A DNA stretch of 64,000 nt. It comes from a virus. Its lineage: Duplodnaviria; Caudoviricetes. The notes beneath the pieces are model-generated. The model ran no database searches. It was not told where the DNA came from and worked only from the letters and a program-made list of their open reading frames with translations. The number at the start of each line of letters is the position of its first letter. Position 1 is the stretch's first letter. The stretch covers positions 32,001 to 96,000 of the IMG/VR virus record IMGVR_UViG_3300028833_000101. One strand, written 5' to 3'. A program made the position numbers and the translations under genes. Shown one piece after another: positions 47,823 through 57,003 of this stretch.

Positions 47823-48194
47823 ATGAAACATTTGCATAGAGAAGTTATTGGCTATACTGTTATCATTTTAGATAAATATATTTTATGTGGAACTGCTAAT
47901 AATTTACAATGGAAAGATTTAGAAAATTTAGGAAGAGTTAATATTAGGCACTATAAAAGTTTAAAAATTTTACTAAATAATTTATGGTATCATATGACTG
48001 ATTATGGTAGCAACAATTTTAAGTCTATACTAGATGCTGAGTTATCTAAAGCAGGATATTTAAGATACACAGGCTATTATGAAGTTACAGATTATCGTAA
48101 AAAAGAAGCACTTAATTATCTTATTGATGCCGGCTTACTTAAAGTTGTAGAATTACAAGAAAGTATTGACATTGAAAAAGAAGTTAAATTTTAA
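47823..48194 (+). CDS. Hypothetical early protein (paralog of 47081)
   Basis: DKYILC, IRHYKSLKIL. Confidence 0.75.
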   Translation: MKHLHREVIGYTVIILDKYILCGTANNLQWKDLENLGRVNIRHYKSLKILLNNLWYHMTDYGSNNFKSILDAELSKAGYLRYTGYYEVTDYRKKEALNYLIDAGLLKVVELQESIDIEKEVKF

Positions 48195-48252
48195 TAAAGC
48201 TATTTACAAATAAAGTAGTTTATGTTATAATAATAATGCGAGGTAAATTAAA

Positions 48253-48771
48253 ATGGAAATTAAACAAATTGATTGGTCAAGAATTAAACCTAGAATTGGC
48301 AGATGGGTAAGAACAGAAGCCCATGCTGGTCAAGTTAAATACGATTTAGAATCAGACTTAGCTGACCCTTATACTATTACACAATTTACAGTTGACTTTG
48401 AAGATGAAACTGTTTCTACTGGCTGGAGAGAAGAACTTAGTGGACATCAAGAAGAAGTACCATTAACTCCAGAAGAAAACTACGAAGCCAGACAAATGAT
48501 TTCTGATTGCAGAATTATTACTGTTAGCTTTACTATTAGACCAGGGTATGAAGACCTCGCTAAAAGACAATCTGAATATATGCTTGATGGCTATGATCTT
48601 ATTAAAGTTACTATGCAGGGCAATACTATTACATTTGAAGGCAATCATCTAAACTTAAGTGATGCTGTAGCTGATGGTCATATTTCAGAATGGGCTAATG
48701 AAGACCCTGAAGTAGAGATTGATGTTGCCTGTGGTATTGATAGAGCTAACGCAGGAAACTGGGATTATTAA
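48253..48771 (+). CDS. Hypothetical acidic early protein
   Basis: Intact ORF with its own promoter and GAGGT RBS. Confidence 0.75.
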   Translation: MEIKQIDWSRIKPRIGRWVRTEAHAGQVKYDLESDLADPYTITQFTVDFEDETVSTGWREELSGHQEEVPLTPEENYEARQMISDCRIITVSFTIRPGYEDLAKRQSEYMLDGYDLIKVTMQGNTITFEGNHLNLSDAVADGHISEWANEDPEVEIDVACGIDRANAGNWDY

Positions 48772-48836
48772 AAAAACTATTTACAAATAAAAATATTTGT
48801 GATATAATATATTTAGAAAGTTGAAGTAAATAAAAT

Positions 48837-49055
48837 ATGAAAAAAATTATTATTGTTTTGGCGAATGACTGCCTTCAAAGAGTCTACTCTGATGAAAAGG
48901 TCGAAATAGAAGTCATTGATCTTGGAGATGTAGATGAAGAGCACCCAACAAGAGTTCAAAAGAAGCAGCTTAAACAACTAGAAAAATTAGAAGAAGACGC
49001 TAGTTTAACTACCAAGTGTTGGTTCTATGATAACAAACCACTTTCTTATAAATAA
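48837..49055 (+). CDS. Hypothetical early protein (similar to 63307)
   Basis: Pattern IIIVL..CLQRVYSD..IEVIDL. Confidence 0.7.
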   Translation: MKKIIIVLANDCLQRVYSDEKVEIEVIDLGDVDEEHPTRVQKKQLKQLEKLEEDASLTTKCWFYDNKPLSYK

Positions 49056-49070
49056 CGCGAGGAAATAATT

Positions 49071-49736
49071 ATGGAAAAAGAATATCAAAAAATTGGAAAT
49101 GTATTTAAGTTCGACGAAAAGTTTAGAACTATTGTTGGGCTTAATGAACCATATGAAACATTAAAGAATATTATCTGGCAAGGTACTGAAAAGATTGACG
49201 GAACTAATATTCGTGTTCATTGGGATGGTCATGACATTGAGTTCGCTGGCCACACTGATAAAGCACAAATCCCACCAAAGCTTCAAGCTTATTTAGAGTC
49301 CGTGTTCAAAGTCCCAGAAATGGAATATATTTTTGAACAAGTCTTTGGTGAACCTGAAGCGTATATCTTTGGTGAAGGTTTTGGTGCTGGAATTCAAAAG
49401 TCTGGCGGAGACTATGTAGAAAACGGAACCGATGTTTCTTTCATTGTCTTTGATGTTCAAATCGATGGTTGGGACCTTGATAGAAAGAACACTACTGATG
49501 TTGCTACTAAACTTGGTTTACCTTCTGTCCCTGTCTGCTTTGAAGGAACTCTTGATGAAGCTAAAGCTTATGTTGCTGAACATCACATGTCTACACTTAA
49601 TGGTGGCAAGCATGAAATGGAAGGCTTGGTCTTAGTGCCTCGTGATATTCAACTCTATGACAAGAAACACCATCTTATTAAGTGCAAGTGCAAATACAGA
49701 GACATGGTTAGAGCTGGTCTTGTAGAGGAAAAATAG
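49071..49736 (+). CDS. RNA ligase (Rnl2-like nucleotidyltransferase domain)
   Basis: Motif I TEKIDGTN, FGEGFG, FIVFDV, EGLVL, KCK. Confidence 0.88.
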   Translation: MEKEYQKIGNVFKFDEKFRTIVGLNEPYETLKNIIWQGTEKIDGTNIRVHWDGHDIEFAGHTDKAQIPPKLQAYLESVFKVPEMEYIFEQVFGEPEAYIFGEGFGAGIQKSGGDYVENGTDVSFIVFDVQIDGWDLDRKNTTDVATKLGLPSVPVCFEGTLDEAKAYVAEHHMSTLNGGKHEMEGLVLVPRDIQLYDKKHHLIKCKCKYRDMVRAGLVEEK

Positions 49737-49738
49737 CT

Positions 49739-49867
49739 ATGATAGTTGGAATTATTGCAACTATACTTTTGTTTCTCTTAATTTCTGGTTGTATTATTAT
49801 TGGCTTTGCCGATGCTTGTGGAGAAGCAGCTGGTGAAGAAAGTATTTATTCTGGTGGCAAAGAATAA
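49739..49867 (+). CDS. Small membrane peptide (42 aa; absent from the track)
   Basis: MIVGIIATILLFLLISGCIIIG, directly after the ligase gene. Confidence 0.55.
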   Translation: MIVGIIATILLFLLISGCIIIGFADACGEAAGEESIYSGGKE

Positions 49868-49947
49868 AAAACTTTAAGAAATTTGTAAAAAAGTATTTAC
49901 AAGTTTCTTTTTTTATGTTATAATAATTATAGAAAGTTGGTAAGCTT

Positions 49948-50703
49948 ATGAATAAAGAAACATTTGAAACTATTAAAACAAATCTTGAAGCACGAGTAAA
50001 TGAATGTAAAGCACATTTAGACCATATCATCACAACTGATGATTTAAAAACTATTACAGTAGGTGAAGCACAAGAATTAAAAGCTTGGGCAAGTAAAGAA
50101 AGTGCTATTATGACTGAAATAGTTATGGTCGATTTTTATCATATCATTGGTATGGGTGAATTAACAGTTTTACAAACTAATACTTTTATAAAACTTATTA
50201 AAGAATACATGAGTTATCGCTCAGACCTTAAAACTATTGGTGCTCATTTCTCATTAGACAACTTACCAAATCTTCCAAGTATCAGTGAGTTTACATTAAA
50301 GCAACTTGGTAATATTACGCTCACTTCTAAAGTCCGTGGTAGAAATAAAGCTGCCTCTACTTTTATTGAAACAAATACAGTAGGTGACTATGCTAAAGCT
50401 TGCCAAGACCTTGCTAGTAGTATTACTGCTGATGGAGAATGTGGACCATTCAAAATTGAAGACAATACTATTACTTTACCAACTACTTCATTAAATGATT
50501 TTATTAAAGCTATTAATCCAAATCTTAGCCGAGGCAAAATTACTTCAGCTGCTTCTTATCAAAATAATACTGGAAAAGATTATGCTGATATTTTTTGGCA
50601 ATATACAAATGAAGAACATAATGAAATTAAAGCTGTTGTCTCACGAAAGAATGGATACTTTACTGGAATTAAAAATAAATTAAAAAATATTTTTGTAAAA
50701 TAA
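49948..50703 (+). CDS. Hypothetical early protein
   Basis: Intact 251 aa ORF behind an early promoter. Confidence 0.75.
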   Translation: MNKETFETIKTNLEARVNECKAHLDHIITTDDLKTITVGEAQELKAWASKESAIMTEIVMVDFYHIIGMGELTVLQTNTFIKLIKEYMSYRSDLKTIGAHFSLDNLPNLPSISEFTLKQLGNITLTSKVRGRNKAASTFIETNTVGDYAKACQDLASSITADGECGPFKIEDNTITLPTTSLNDFIKAINPNLSRGKITSAASYQNNTGKDYADIFWQYTNEEHNEIKAVVSRKNGYFTGIKNKLKNIFVK

Positions 50704-50762
50704 TTAATAATTGTTTACAAATATAATTTTATATGAGATAATATTAATGTGAGGTAAAAAAT

Positions 50763-51023
50763 ATGACTGTAAAAGAATACTTAGAAGTTCATAGTAGTAA
50801 AGATATTGAATCAATCGGTATTTATTCAGCTACTAAAATTAAGGATGCTTGTGATAGAGATACTGATGTTATTGATACTGATGTTCAACCTGTTGATTTA
50901 GTTAAATATTTAGAAAGAGAAGTTGACCATGTTAGCTTAGGTATCTTTGATGAAACAAGAAAAGCTATTGATGGAACAGACTACAATGCCAAGTTCATTA
51001 GAGCTTGTATTTATGTGAGGTAA
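50763..51023 (+). CDS. Hypothetical early protein
   Basis: MTVKEYL start, with promoter and GAGGT RBS. Confidence 0.75.
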   Translation: MTVKEYLEVHSSKDIESIGIYSATKIKDACDRDTDVIDTDVQPVDLVKYLEREVDHVSLGIFDETRKAIDGTDYNAKFIRACIYVR

Positions 51024-51028
51024 TAATT

Positions 51029-51517
51029 ATGTTTCCAGATTTATTAGATGCTCTTAGTGAATATAGTAGTTATTATACTAGTGATGTTGATCCAGAAGTT
51101 GAAGATGCTTTTAAAAGTATTCTTAAAAAAGTTTGGCATGAACACGCCACGAAATATATAGATAATACTGGAGATATTACTGGAGAAGCTCGTTCAATCT
51201 TAGAAAAAGCTTTACAATTACTTCACAAAAATAAAAACATTCATCTCAGATTCGATTTGAACTCTGAGAAGTGTAAAATGTATCAAATACAAGACCCAAG
51301 AAAGTTAAGCCCACAAACAATTTTACAATTAGAAGTAAAAGAAGGCTTAGATAAACAGTATATCAAAGCTACTATTAGTAATGAAGCTTTCACCGCTAAT
51401 TGGTTACCAACTGATGACTATGCTGGTATTTCAAAAAGAATTAAAGATTTAGATACCATAACTTATCGTGGTATTAGACTTGCTTATATTATTTATCAAG
51501 CAATTAAAGATAATTAG
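51029..51517 (+). CDS. LRxAY-family paralog 10 (early, TGG only)
   Basis: ILEKALQLLHKNKNIHL...YRGIRLAYIIY. Confidence 0.75.
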   Translation: MFPDLLDALSEYSSYYTSDVDPEVEDAFKSILKKVWHEHATKYIDNTGDITGEARSILEKALQLLHKNKNIHLRFDLNSEKCKMYQIQDPRKLSPQTILQLEVKEGLDKQYIKATISNEAFTANWLPTDDYAGISKRIKDLDTITYRGIRLAYIIYQAIKDN

Positions 51518-51521
51518 GAGT

Positions 51522-51860
51522 ATGAATATGTATAAAGTAAAATGTATCGCTGATGGAATGATTGTCTGGAAGGGCACTACTGTCATAGGAATTAAAGGTT
51601 TGACTTTGCCTGAGATGTTTAATGAATGTGATTGTGTAAAACTTCCAGGAAACGCTTTCGATTATTCACTTTCACCCTCTAATAAATATACAGAAGAACA
51701 ACTTGCTTTTATTAATAAAGCAGAAGCTGAGTGGGCTGAAGATGGTGGTGAAGAAATCGATCATGAGCCTGAGTATGGAATTAAGTATGGCGAAGATGAT
51801 GACGTCCCACTAATGGATTTATTTGGCCAAAGCATTCCAGACGATGACTTGCCGTTTTAG
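51522..51860 (+). CDS. Hypothetical protein with SSB-like acidic tail (DDDLPF)
   Basis: AGGAG precedes ATG 51522/51528. C-terminus IPDDDLPF. Confidence 0.65.
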   Translation: MNMYKVKCIADGMIVWKGTTVIGIKGLTLPEMFNECDCVKLPGNAFDYSLSPSNKYTEEQLAFINKAEAEWAEDGGEEIDHEPEYGIKYGEDDDVPLMDLFGQSIPDDDLPF

Positions 51861-51877
51861 CTTCAAAAGGTGAGAGA

Positions 51878-52105
51878 ATGAAAATAACAACTAATGAACA
51901 ACCTTTAATCATAGACTTAGAAAAAAATGAAACATTAACTATATCAAGTACAATAGTAATGATAAAGCATGTTTTTGATTTATCTTTGTACAAAACCGTC
52001 AGACTAAAAGTTTACAATAATATATTTATAGTTGAAGCTGAGAACAAAAATAATGGCAGTAAATTAATCAGGGCTTTTTCTGATACTTGGGGGTTTTCTA
52101 TTTAA
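51878..52105 (+). CDS. Hypothetical protein
   Basis: Intact ORF with AGGTG RBS. Confidence 0.6.
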   Translation: MKITTNEQPLIIDLEKNETLTISSTIVMIKHVFDLSLYKTVRLKVYNNIFIVEAENKNNGSKLIRAFSDTWGFSI

Positions 52106-52305
52106 TGAAAAATAAAGAAATAGTAAAAGCATTAAAGGGAAGTTGGAAAGACAAACCAGTAGAAGTTCTCGTTAAAATTGAGGGCGGACTATACTATCCA
52201 ATTAAAGAAATAGTCAAAAACAAGGATGGTACTTTTACTATTATAGGCAGAAACTTAACTGAGCATTCCGTCATAGGGCCTGCCAAATGGTATAAGAATA
52301 AATAG
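52105..52305 (+). CDS. Hypothetical protein
   Basis: TAATG-coupled to the previous gene. Confidence 0.6.
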   Translation: MKNKEIVKALKGSWKDKPVEVLVKIEGGLYYPIKEIVKNKDGTFTIIGRNLTEHSVIGPAKWYKNK

Positions 52306-52472
52306 AGCTTCTGCCAAAATACACTCATAGTAGGACAAAAAGTTTAAGACTTCTGTCAAAAGCAGAAGTTTTTTATTTCTTTGTTTGTAAATCTTTGTCA
52401 CTTTTGTCACTCAAATGTCACTCAAATAAAAGACTTGACAAAAAGTTGAAATTCAATTTTTTGGCAAATAAT

Positions 52473-52483
52473 TTGCTAAATTA
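52473..52483 (+). promoter_or_regulatory. Putative late promoter TTGCTAAATTA
   Basis: Head of the second paralog array. Confidence 0.75.
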
Positions 52484-52489
52484 TACAGA

Positions 52490-52918
52490 ATGAACAAAGA
52501 TTACAACCAAGAAAGATTTGACTTATTAGAAACTTTGAAGACAGATGTTGCCAGAATGATCAGACTTAAAGACCTGCCGGCAACCTGCCATTCTTTAACT
52601 GCAATTAGTGGAAGAGATGGTAGAACGGAGCTAGTATTGGAACTATTCGTCGACATATTAAATACAGAGAAAATCGCCCGAGTTTACTTATACATTACAG
52701 AGGACATTTTTGACCCAGATGGCTTTGAGTTTATAAATAGTGACATAGGTCTTGGAAATAAAAAAGTAGACACAAAAACCTTCATTAAACTTAGAGCCCT
52801 CAGAACAGTATACAATGTAATAAAAAACGTAAGCACTGGATATGCAAATGCAGTCGACCCAAATAAAATAATATATGTCAGAACACAAAAAACAGGTGTC
52901 TGTGATTATAGGAATTAA
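52490..52918 (+). CDS. LRxAY-family paralog 11 (divergent, near-leaderless)
   Basis: TDVARMIRLKDL...TFIKLRALRTVY. Confidence 0.68.
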   Translation: MNKDYNQERFDLLETLKTDVARMIRLKDLPATCHSLTAISGRDGRTELVLELFVDILNTEKIARVYLYITEDIFDPDGFEFINSDIGLGNKKVDTKTFIKLRALRTVYNVIKNVSTGYANAVDPNKIIYVRTQKTGVCDYRN

Positions 52919-52922
52919 TAGT

Positions 52923-53303
52923 ATGAGTTACCCATATAGACCACAAAAAGAATGAGACATAATAAATATAGTCAAGAAAGCAATCAGGACCTTAAATAAG
53001 AAAAAAGGGACTACTTTAAAGATGGCCAATATTAGCTTTGGTCAAGGTGTGGACAGCAAGTATGGTTCAGGACAATTAGATACCACAATAAGTTTAGTAG
53101 TGCAGGAAACAATAAGTAAAAGAATAATGAAGCTATTCTGATATGAAAGCTTCTTTAATCCTGACTTGCCTGATGATAAAGACGAAGTTTCAGGAGTAAA
53201 TAAAGTAAGTAATCCAGGAGACAAAGTATTGCTTAGAGTTGCTTACTGCATTTGGTTTGGCAGACACTGGATGTCAGCGCCACAAAAGAAAAATAAAAAA
53301 TAA
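52923..53303 (+). CDS. LRxAY-family paralog 12 (code 4; absent from the track)
   Basis: IVKKAIRTLNKKKGTTL...KVLLRVAYCIW. 2 TGA. Confidence 0.75.
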
Positions 53304-53313
53304 TGGTGATAAT

Positions 53314-53679
53314 ATGGAAATAAATAGTAAATATTCTACACTTATTACTTCAGCTTGTGAAAGGGTACAAAGAGTTAAAGGAATTAATGTTTTTCTTTCT
53401 AGTATAGAATTTTATGGTGTTCATAAATACTCGCATGACAATGTATATAAGATAAATCTTATAACCGATAATGGACTCCTTACTATCTATCAAGAAGAAG
53501 AAAACTTTAAGTATTGGGCTGATGTCCCATGGTCTGGCTTGGAAGAGTTTAGACCAGCAGACTTTGATAGCTGATCAGAATATAAGAAGTTAATGCTTGC
53601 TTGGTGCTGGGCAATTTATAAATACTGTAAAGACTGGGGAGACTACCAAAATACAACGCCACCACCAATTGAAGAATAA
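53314..53679 (+). CDS. LRxAY-family paralog 13 (divergent, code 4)
   Basis: LITSACERVQRVKGINV...KKLMLAWCWAIY. TGA at 53572. Confidence 0.65.
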
Positions 53680-53743
53680 ATTAAAAGGTATCTTAGAGAT
53701 ATCTTTTTTATAACTCTTAAAAAATAATCTGCTAAATTATACT

Positions 53744-53870
53744 GAGAAAAAGCTAAGGCAATTGCTATTGGCTTCTTTTTTAATAATTTAATAAAAAACA
53801 TTTGCTATAATTAATTGAAGGTTGTTAAAAAGGCCGAAATAGGTTTTTGGTCAAATATCCTTCTTTTTTT
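53744..53870 (+). ncRNA. Two putative late-promoter mini hairpin RNAs (53744-53781 and 53817-53870)
   Basis: CTGCTAAATTA at 53729 and TTGCTATAATTA at 53802 are each followed by a hairpin and T run, with no ORF. Confidence 0.45.
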
Positions 53871-53899
53871 ATACTCTTTTGCGCCGTATAATATAATGT

Positions 53900-54325
53900 A
53901 TGAATTTTAATATTATAGACCAAGCAATAAAATTAGTAAGAGATAAATTCAAGATAGATTTTACAGTCAGCCAGTATACAATACAGACGGACCCAGAAGA
54001 CATAACAATTGGCGGAGTTGCCCATCACATCTATAGAGAGCCAGAGCTTAGGATGAGTATCACTGTAGTAAAAGGTCGTAATTCTTGGACCAGCTATACA
54101 GACTTAGATTATGTGATATTCGGAAGCGACCTACGAGATGGAAGCTTGATAGATGAAATCATCGGTGGAAATATCAAAGGTTATGAATTAGACATGAGAC
54201 AAGCTCTGAGACTCGCCTTCATCATATATAATGGAATCCAGTATGGCGTAAGCGGAGAGATGAAAAAAGATTATATAGACAAAGGCTGGCATCCAAGAGT
54301 AGTAAGTTCAAGAATGAGGTATTAA
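53900..54325 (+). CDS. LRxAY-family paralog 14 (leaderless)
   Basis: IIDQAIKLVRDKFKIDF...QALRLAFIIY. TATAAT lies 7 nt before ATG. Confidence 0.72.
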   Translation: MNFNIIDQAIKLVRDKFKIDFTVSQYTIQTDPEDITIGGVAHHIYREPELRMSITVVKGRNSWTSYTDLDYVIFGSDLRDGSLIDEIIGGNIKGYELDMRQALRLAFIIYNGIQYGVSGEMKKDYIDKGWHPRVVSSRMRY

Positions 54326-54381
54326 AAAATATCTCATTTTTTTATTTACTTTTAAAGGCAACTATGGTATAATATAAATGT

Positions 54382-55536
54382 ATGAGTAAGATTATCGGAA
54401 CTTGTTTAGGAGAATATGTAAAAGAGGGAGATGTTTTATATGACCCTCAAACAGATACATATAAGATAAAGGCCGGAGATAGACTAGTGGAAATTGATGG
54501 CCACGTTTTGCAATCTGAAAGTCTAAGAACTTTACAGGAAGCCTTAAGCAATGTAGACGACGAAAACATTAAGATAGATATGTTAGGTAGTTGGGCTAAA
54601 GACCTCGACGCAAAATATAGAAGAACTTACTTAGGCGACTGGGGACCGGACAGAACAGATGAAGCTAAGACAGCAGTAGAGGCAGCGGCTGAGGCAGAAG
54701 CAGAGGCGAGAGCGAAAGCAAGGTTCGCAGAGGCGAGAGCGAGGATGTCAGAAGCGAAAGCAATGAGTAGCAAAACAGCGGCTGCGGCAGGTCCTGCAGG
54801 AGCGCCTTTTGACAGTCAGAGCTTCGACCCCTTGCGTGCGCGCGTTGAAGCCGAAACAGACTCTGGAGCCTGGAAGATAGATGGCCTCGGAGCCCGCATC
54901 AGACCAGTGGACACCGGAGACTGGAACGTCCGCTTCACCGATAAAGCCGCTGAGAAGCTTAGGGAGAACAGCGTCTACGGTAGTGGCGTCGGAACGGCAA
55001 GCCACACCTCCGCGCCCTGGGACGATCCTCTAAAGGACCAGATAGACAAAGCTAGTAATACTGTAGCTTGCTGCGACTTACCTGAACTAAAGCCTGACTA
55101 TAATCCTAATGATAAGGTGAAAGTATATTACCATGATAGATTTCCTTCTATACCTATTCGTTCTATAATAGATGACGCGATTGAATTACTAAATAATAAG
55201 AAAAATTTACATATATCTAAAATTTCTTTACACAATGAAAAATTCAGCGACAAAGACTATAGACTTGCGATATCCTCTAGAATTCCCGAAAGACCAGGAT
55301 ATATAAAGACTTTAGAAGTAGCAATTAATCATACGGCGTTCGACAGAGCCTACAAGACAGAGCTGGACGGATATGCCAAACTTAAAGCCAGACTTGATAC
55401 AAATACTTATATTAAACTTAGAATTGCTTTCTTACTATACCAGGCCTTGAAGCTGCGAGATGAAGACGCCAGAAAGATAAGCTTGGACATCTTTAGAATT
55501 ATAGGCAGCGATACAAGACCAGGATTTCACTTTTAA
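54382..55536 (+). CDS. LRxAY-family paralog 15 with long N-terminal extension and GC-rich Ala-rich linker
   Basis: C-terminal IIDDAIELLNNKKNLHI...YIKLRIAFLLY. Early promoter at 54345. Confidence 0.75.
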   Translation: MSKIIGTCLGEYVKEGDVLYDPQTDTYKIKAGDRLVEIDGHVLQSESLRTLQEALSNVDDENIKIDMLGSWAKDLDAKYRRTYLGDWGPDRTDEAKTAVEAAAEAEAEARAKARFAEARARMSEAKAMSSKTAAAAGPAGAPFDSQSFDPLRARVEAETDSGAWKIDGLGARIRPVDTGDWNVRFTDKAAEKLRENSVYGSGVGTASHTSAPWDDPLKDQIDKASNTVACCDLPELKPDYNPNDKVKVYYHDRFPSIPIRSIIDDAIELLNNKKNLHISKISLHNEKFSDKDYRLAISSRIPERPGYIKTLEVAINHTAFDRAYKTELDGYAKLKARLDTNTYIKLRIAFLLYQALKLRDEDARKISLDIFRIIGSDTRPGFHF

Positions 55537-55574
55537 AACTTAGTTAAAGGCTGCTTAGACAAACGAAACACAAT

Positions 55575-55606
55575 AAGCCAGGATAAATTTATATCTTGGC
55601 TTTTTT
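55575..55606 (+). terminator. Rho-independent terminator
   Basis: AAGCCAGGATA-AATTTA-TATCTTGGCTT plus Ts. Confidence 0.75.
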
Positions 55607-55961
55607 CGTGCCCCAAAACGCCCCGTTTTGCTTTTTGCCCGAAATTGGTACATTTTCGTTTTTTAGCTTTTCCGAATTTGCCCCGTTTTCGTTACTGGCC
55701 AGATCCGCGATCCAGGGCGTCCGAAATTAGTACGTTTTCAAAAAACGAAATCACCCCAGTTTCATATTTGAGCCATTATTCATATAAAGCCGAAATCACC
55801 TCGTTTTCAAAAATGGCCAATTTGGAGCAATTTCATTTCAGGGTAGATAAAATACCTCGGAATATAAAAAAACGTCACAGAATGCGATTGTGACACATCT
55901 GTGACTATTCTAAGCTTTCGCCATATTATGCAGATGAAACCAAGACAATTTCAATAGCTAT

Positions 55962-56250
55962 AAAATAAAAGCGACGACTCAGAGCCTGGAAAAGAGAGAG
56001 GTGATGGCTCGTTGTGTGTCGTCGCCGGGACCGAAGCCCCTGAAAGGAGGTAATTGTCATATAAGGAGATTTGACTCATTAAACTGCCCGAAACCTTACT
56101 GACTTAGTTTTATCATGCGGTTTAAGTACGTATCGTTAGTTAGTCTTTTTGACACTCTATTGATTACCTATCGTCTATTGATTATCTATCGTTATACGTA
56201 TCGTTCTGAGGCGGTCCTTTACATTATCGGCAGTTTTTCGGTCGCCTCAT
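55962..56250 (-). ncRNA. Putative ~290 nt sRNA with three anti-SD elements
   Basis: Minus-strand TTGTATAAT (-10 at 56256-61), 5' hairpin, cUUCGg tetraloop, and a terminator stem GCGACGAC/GTCGTCGC followed by a U run. Confidence 0.7.
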
Positions 56251-56309
56251 ACTATATTATACAATTCAAATCTAAATTTTAACAACTTTTTTTAAATTTT
56301 TGTAATTTC

Positions 56310-56960
56310 AACTTCGTGCGTGTGCATACGTGGCGGCGCGCCAGTATTCTTAATCCTTAGAAGAATACCGTGCGTGGCCATGTGCGTGCGTATATACTAA
56401 AGCTTTCAAATCAGGGCGATTTCAAATGCTATGAAACTCAGGCAATTTCAAGTGCAGGTTAATAACAACTTATATATGATCTATCTATCTAACGATAGAT
56501 CATATATAAGCTATTTTGAAGCAGCTGTAGGTTAGCCCTGTAAAAAAGTTAAAAAAACTATTTACAACTGTTTACTTTTGTGCTATAATATTGTTATAAT
56601 GGGGGGTGTTTTTTTAAAAAAAATAAAAAACCCTGAAATCGGGATATTTTAGACTGTATAATATAATAGGGAATAAAATGAAATTGGAACAATTTCATTT
56701 ATGTGTGCGCAAGCACACACGTGTAATACTAAAAAAATTCAACCTAAATAAAATTCCAAATCAGGGTGTTTTTAATAATTTAATAAATTAATAATTTAAT
56801 GATTTAATGTTTTAATAAATTATTAACACATAAATTATATGTACATGAATTATCTATATTAATTCTTAGCTAATATTTTATAGCTATAGTAGCATAGCTT
56901 ATAATATATAGCTTATATATAAGCTTTTGGCGCCCGCACACATATGTACACGTGTACAGT
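56310..56960. other. Origin- or terminus-like non-coding region
   Basis: 17-bp perfect inverted repeat at 56469-56510, alternating purine-pyrimidine tracts, AT-rich 9-mer repeats, an orphan promoter and TTCAAATCAGGG-type repeats. Confidence 0.5.
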
Positions 56961-57003
56961 AAGTACAGAATTAGAGCAAGTTCAAATCAAGGAGATTTCA
57001 GAT

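Noticed and set aside
55645-55893. 82-aa ORF in the GC-rich repeat region
   Set aside because: TTG start without RBS, located after a terminator, and built from DNA repeats.
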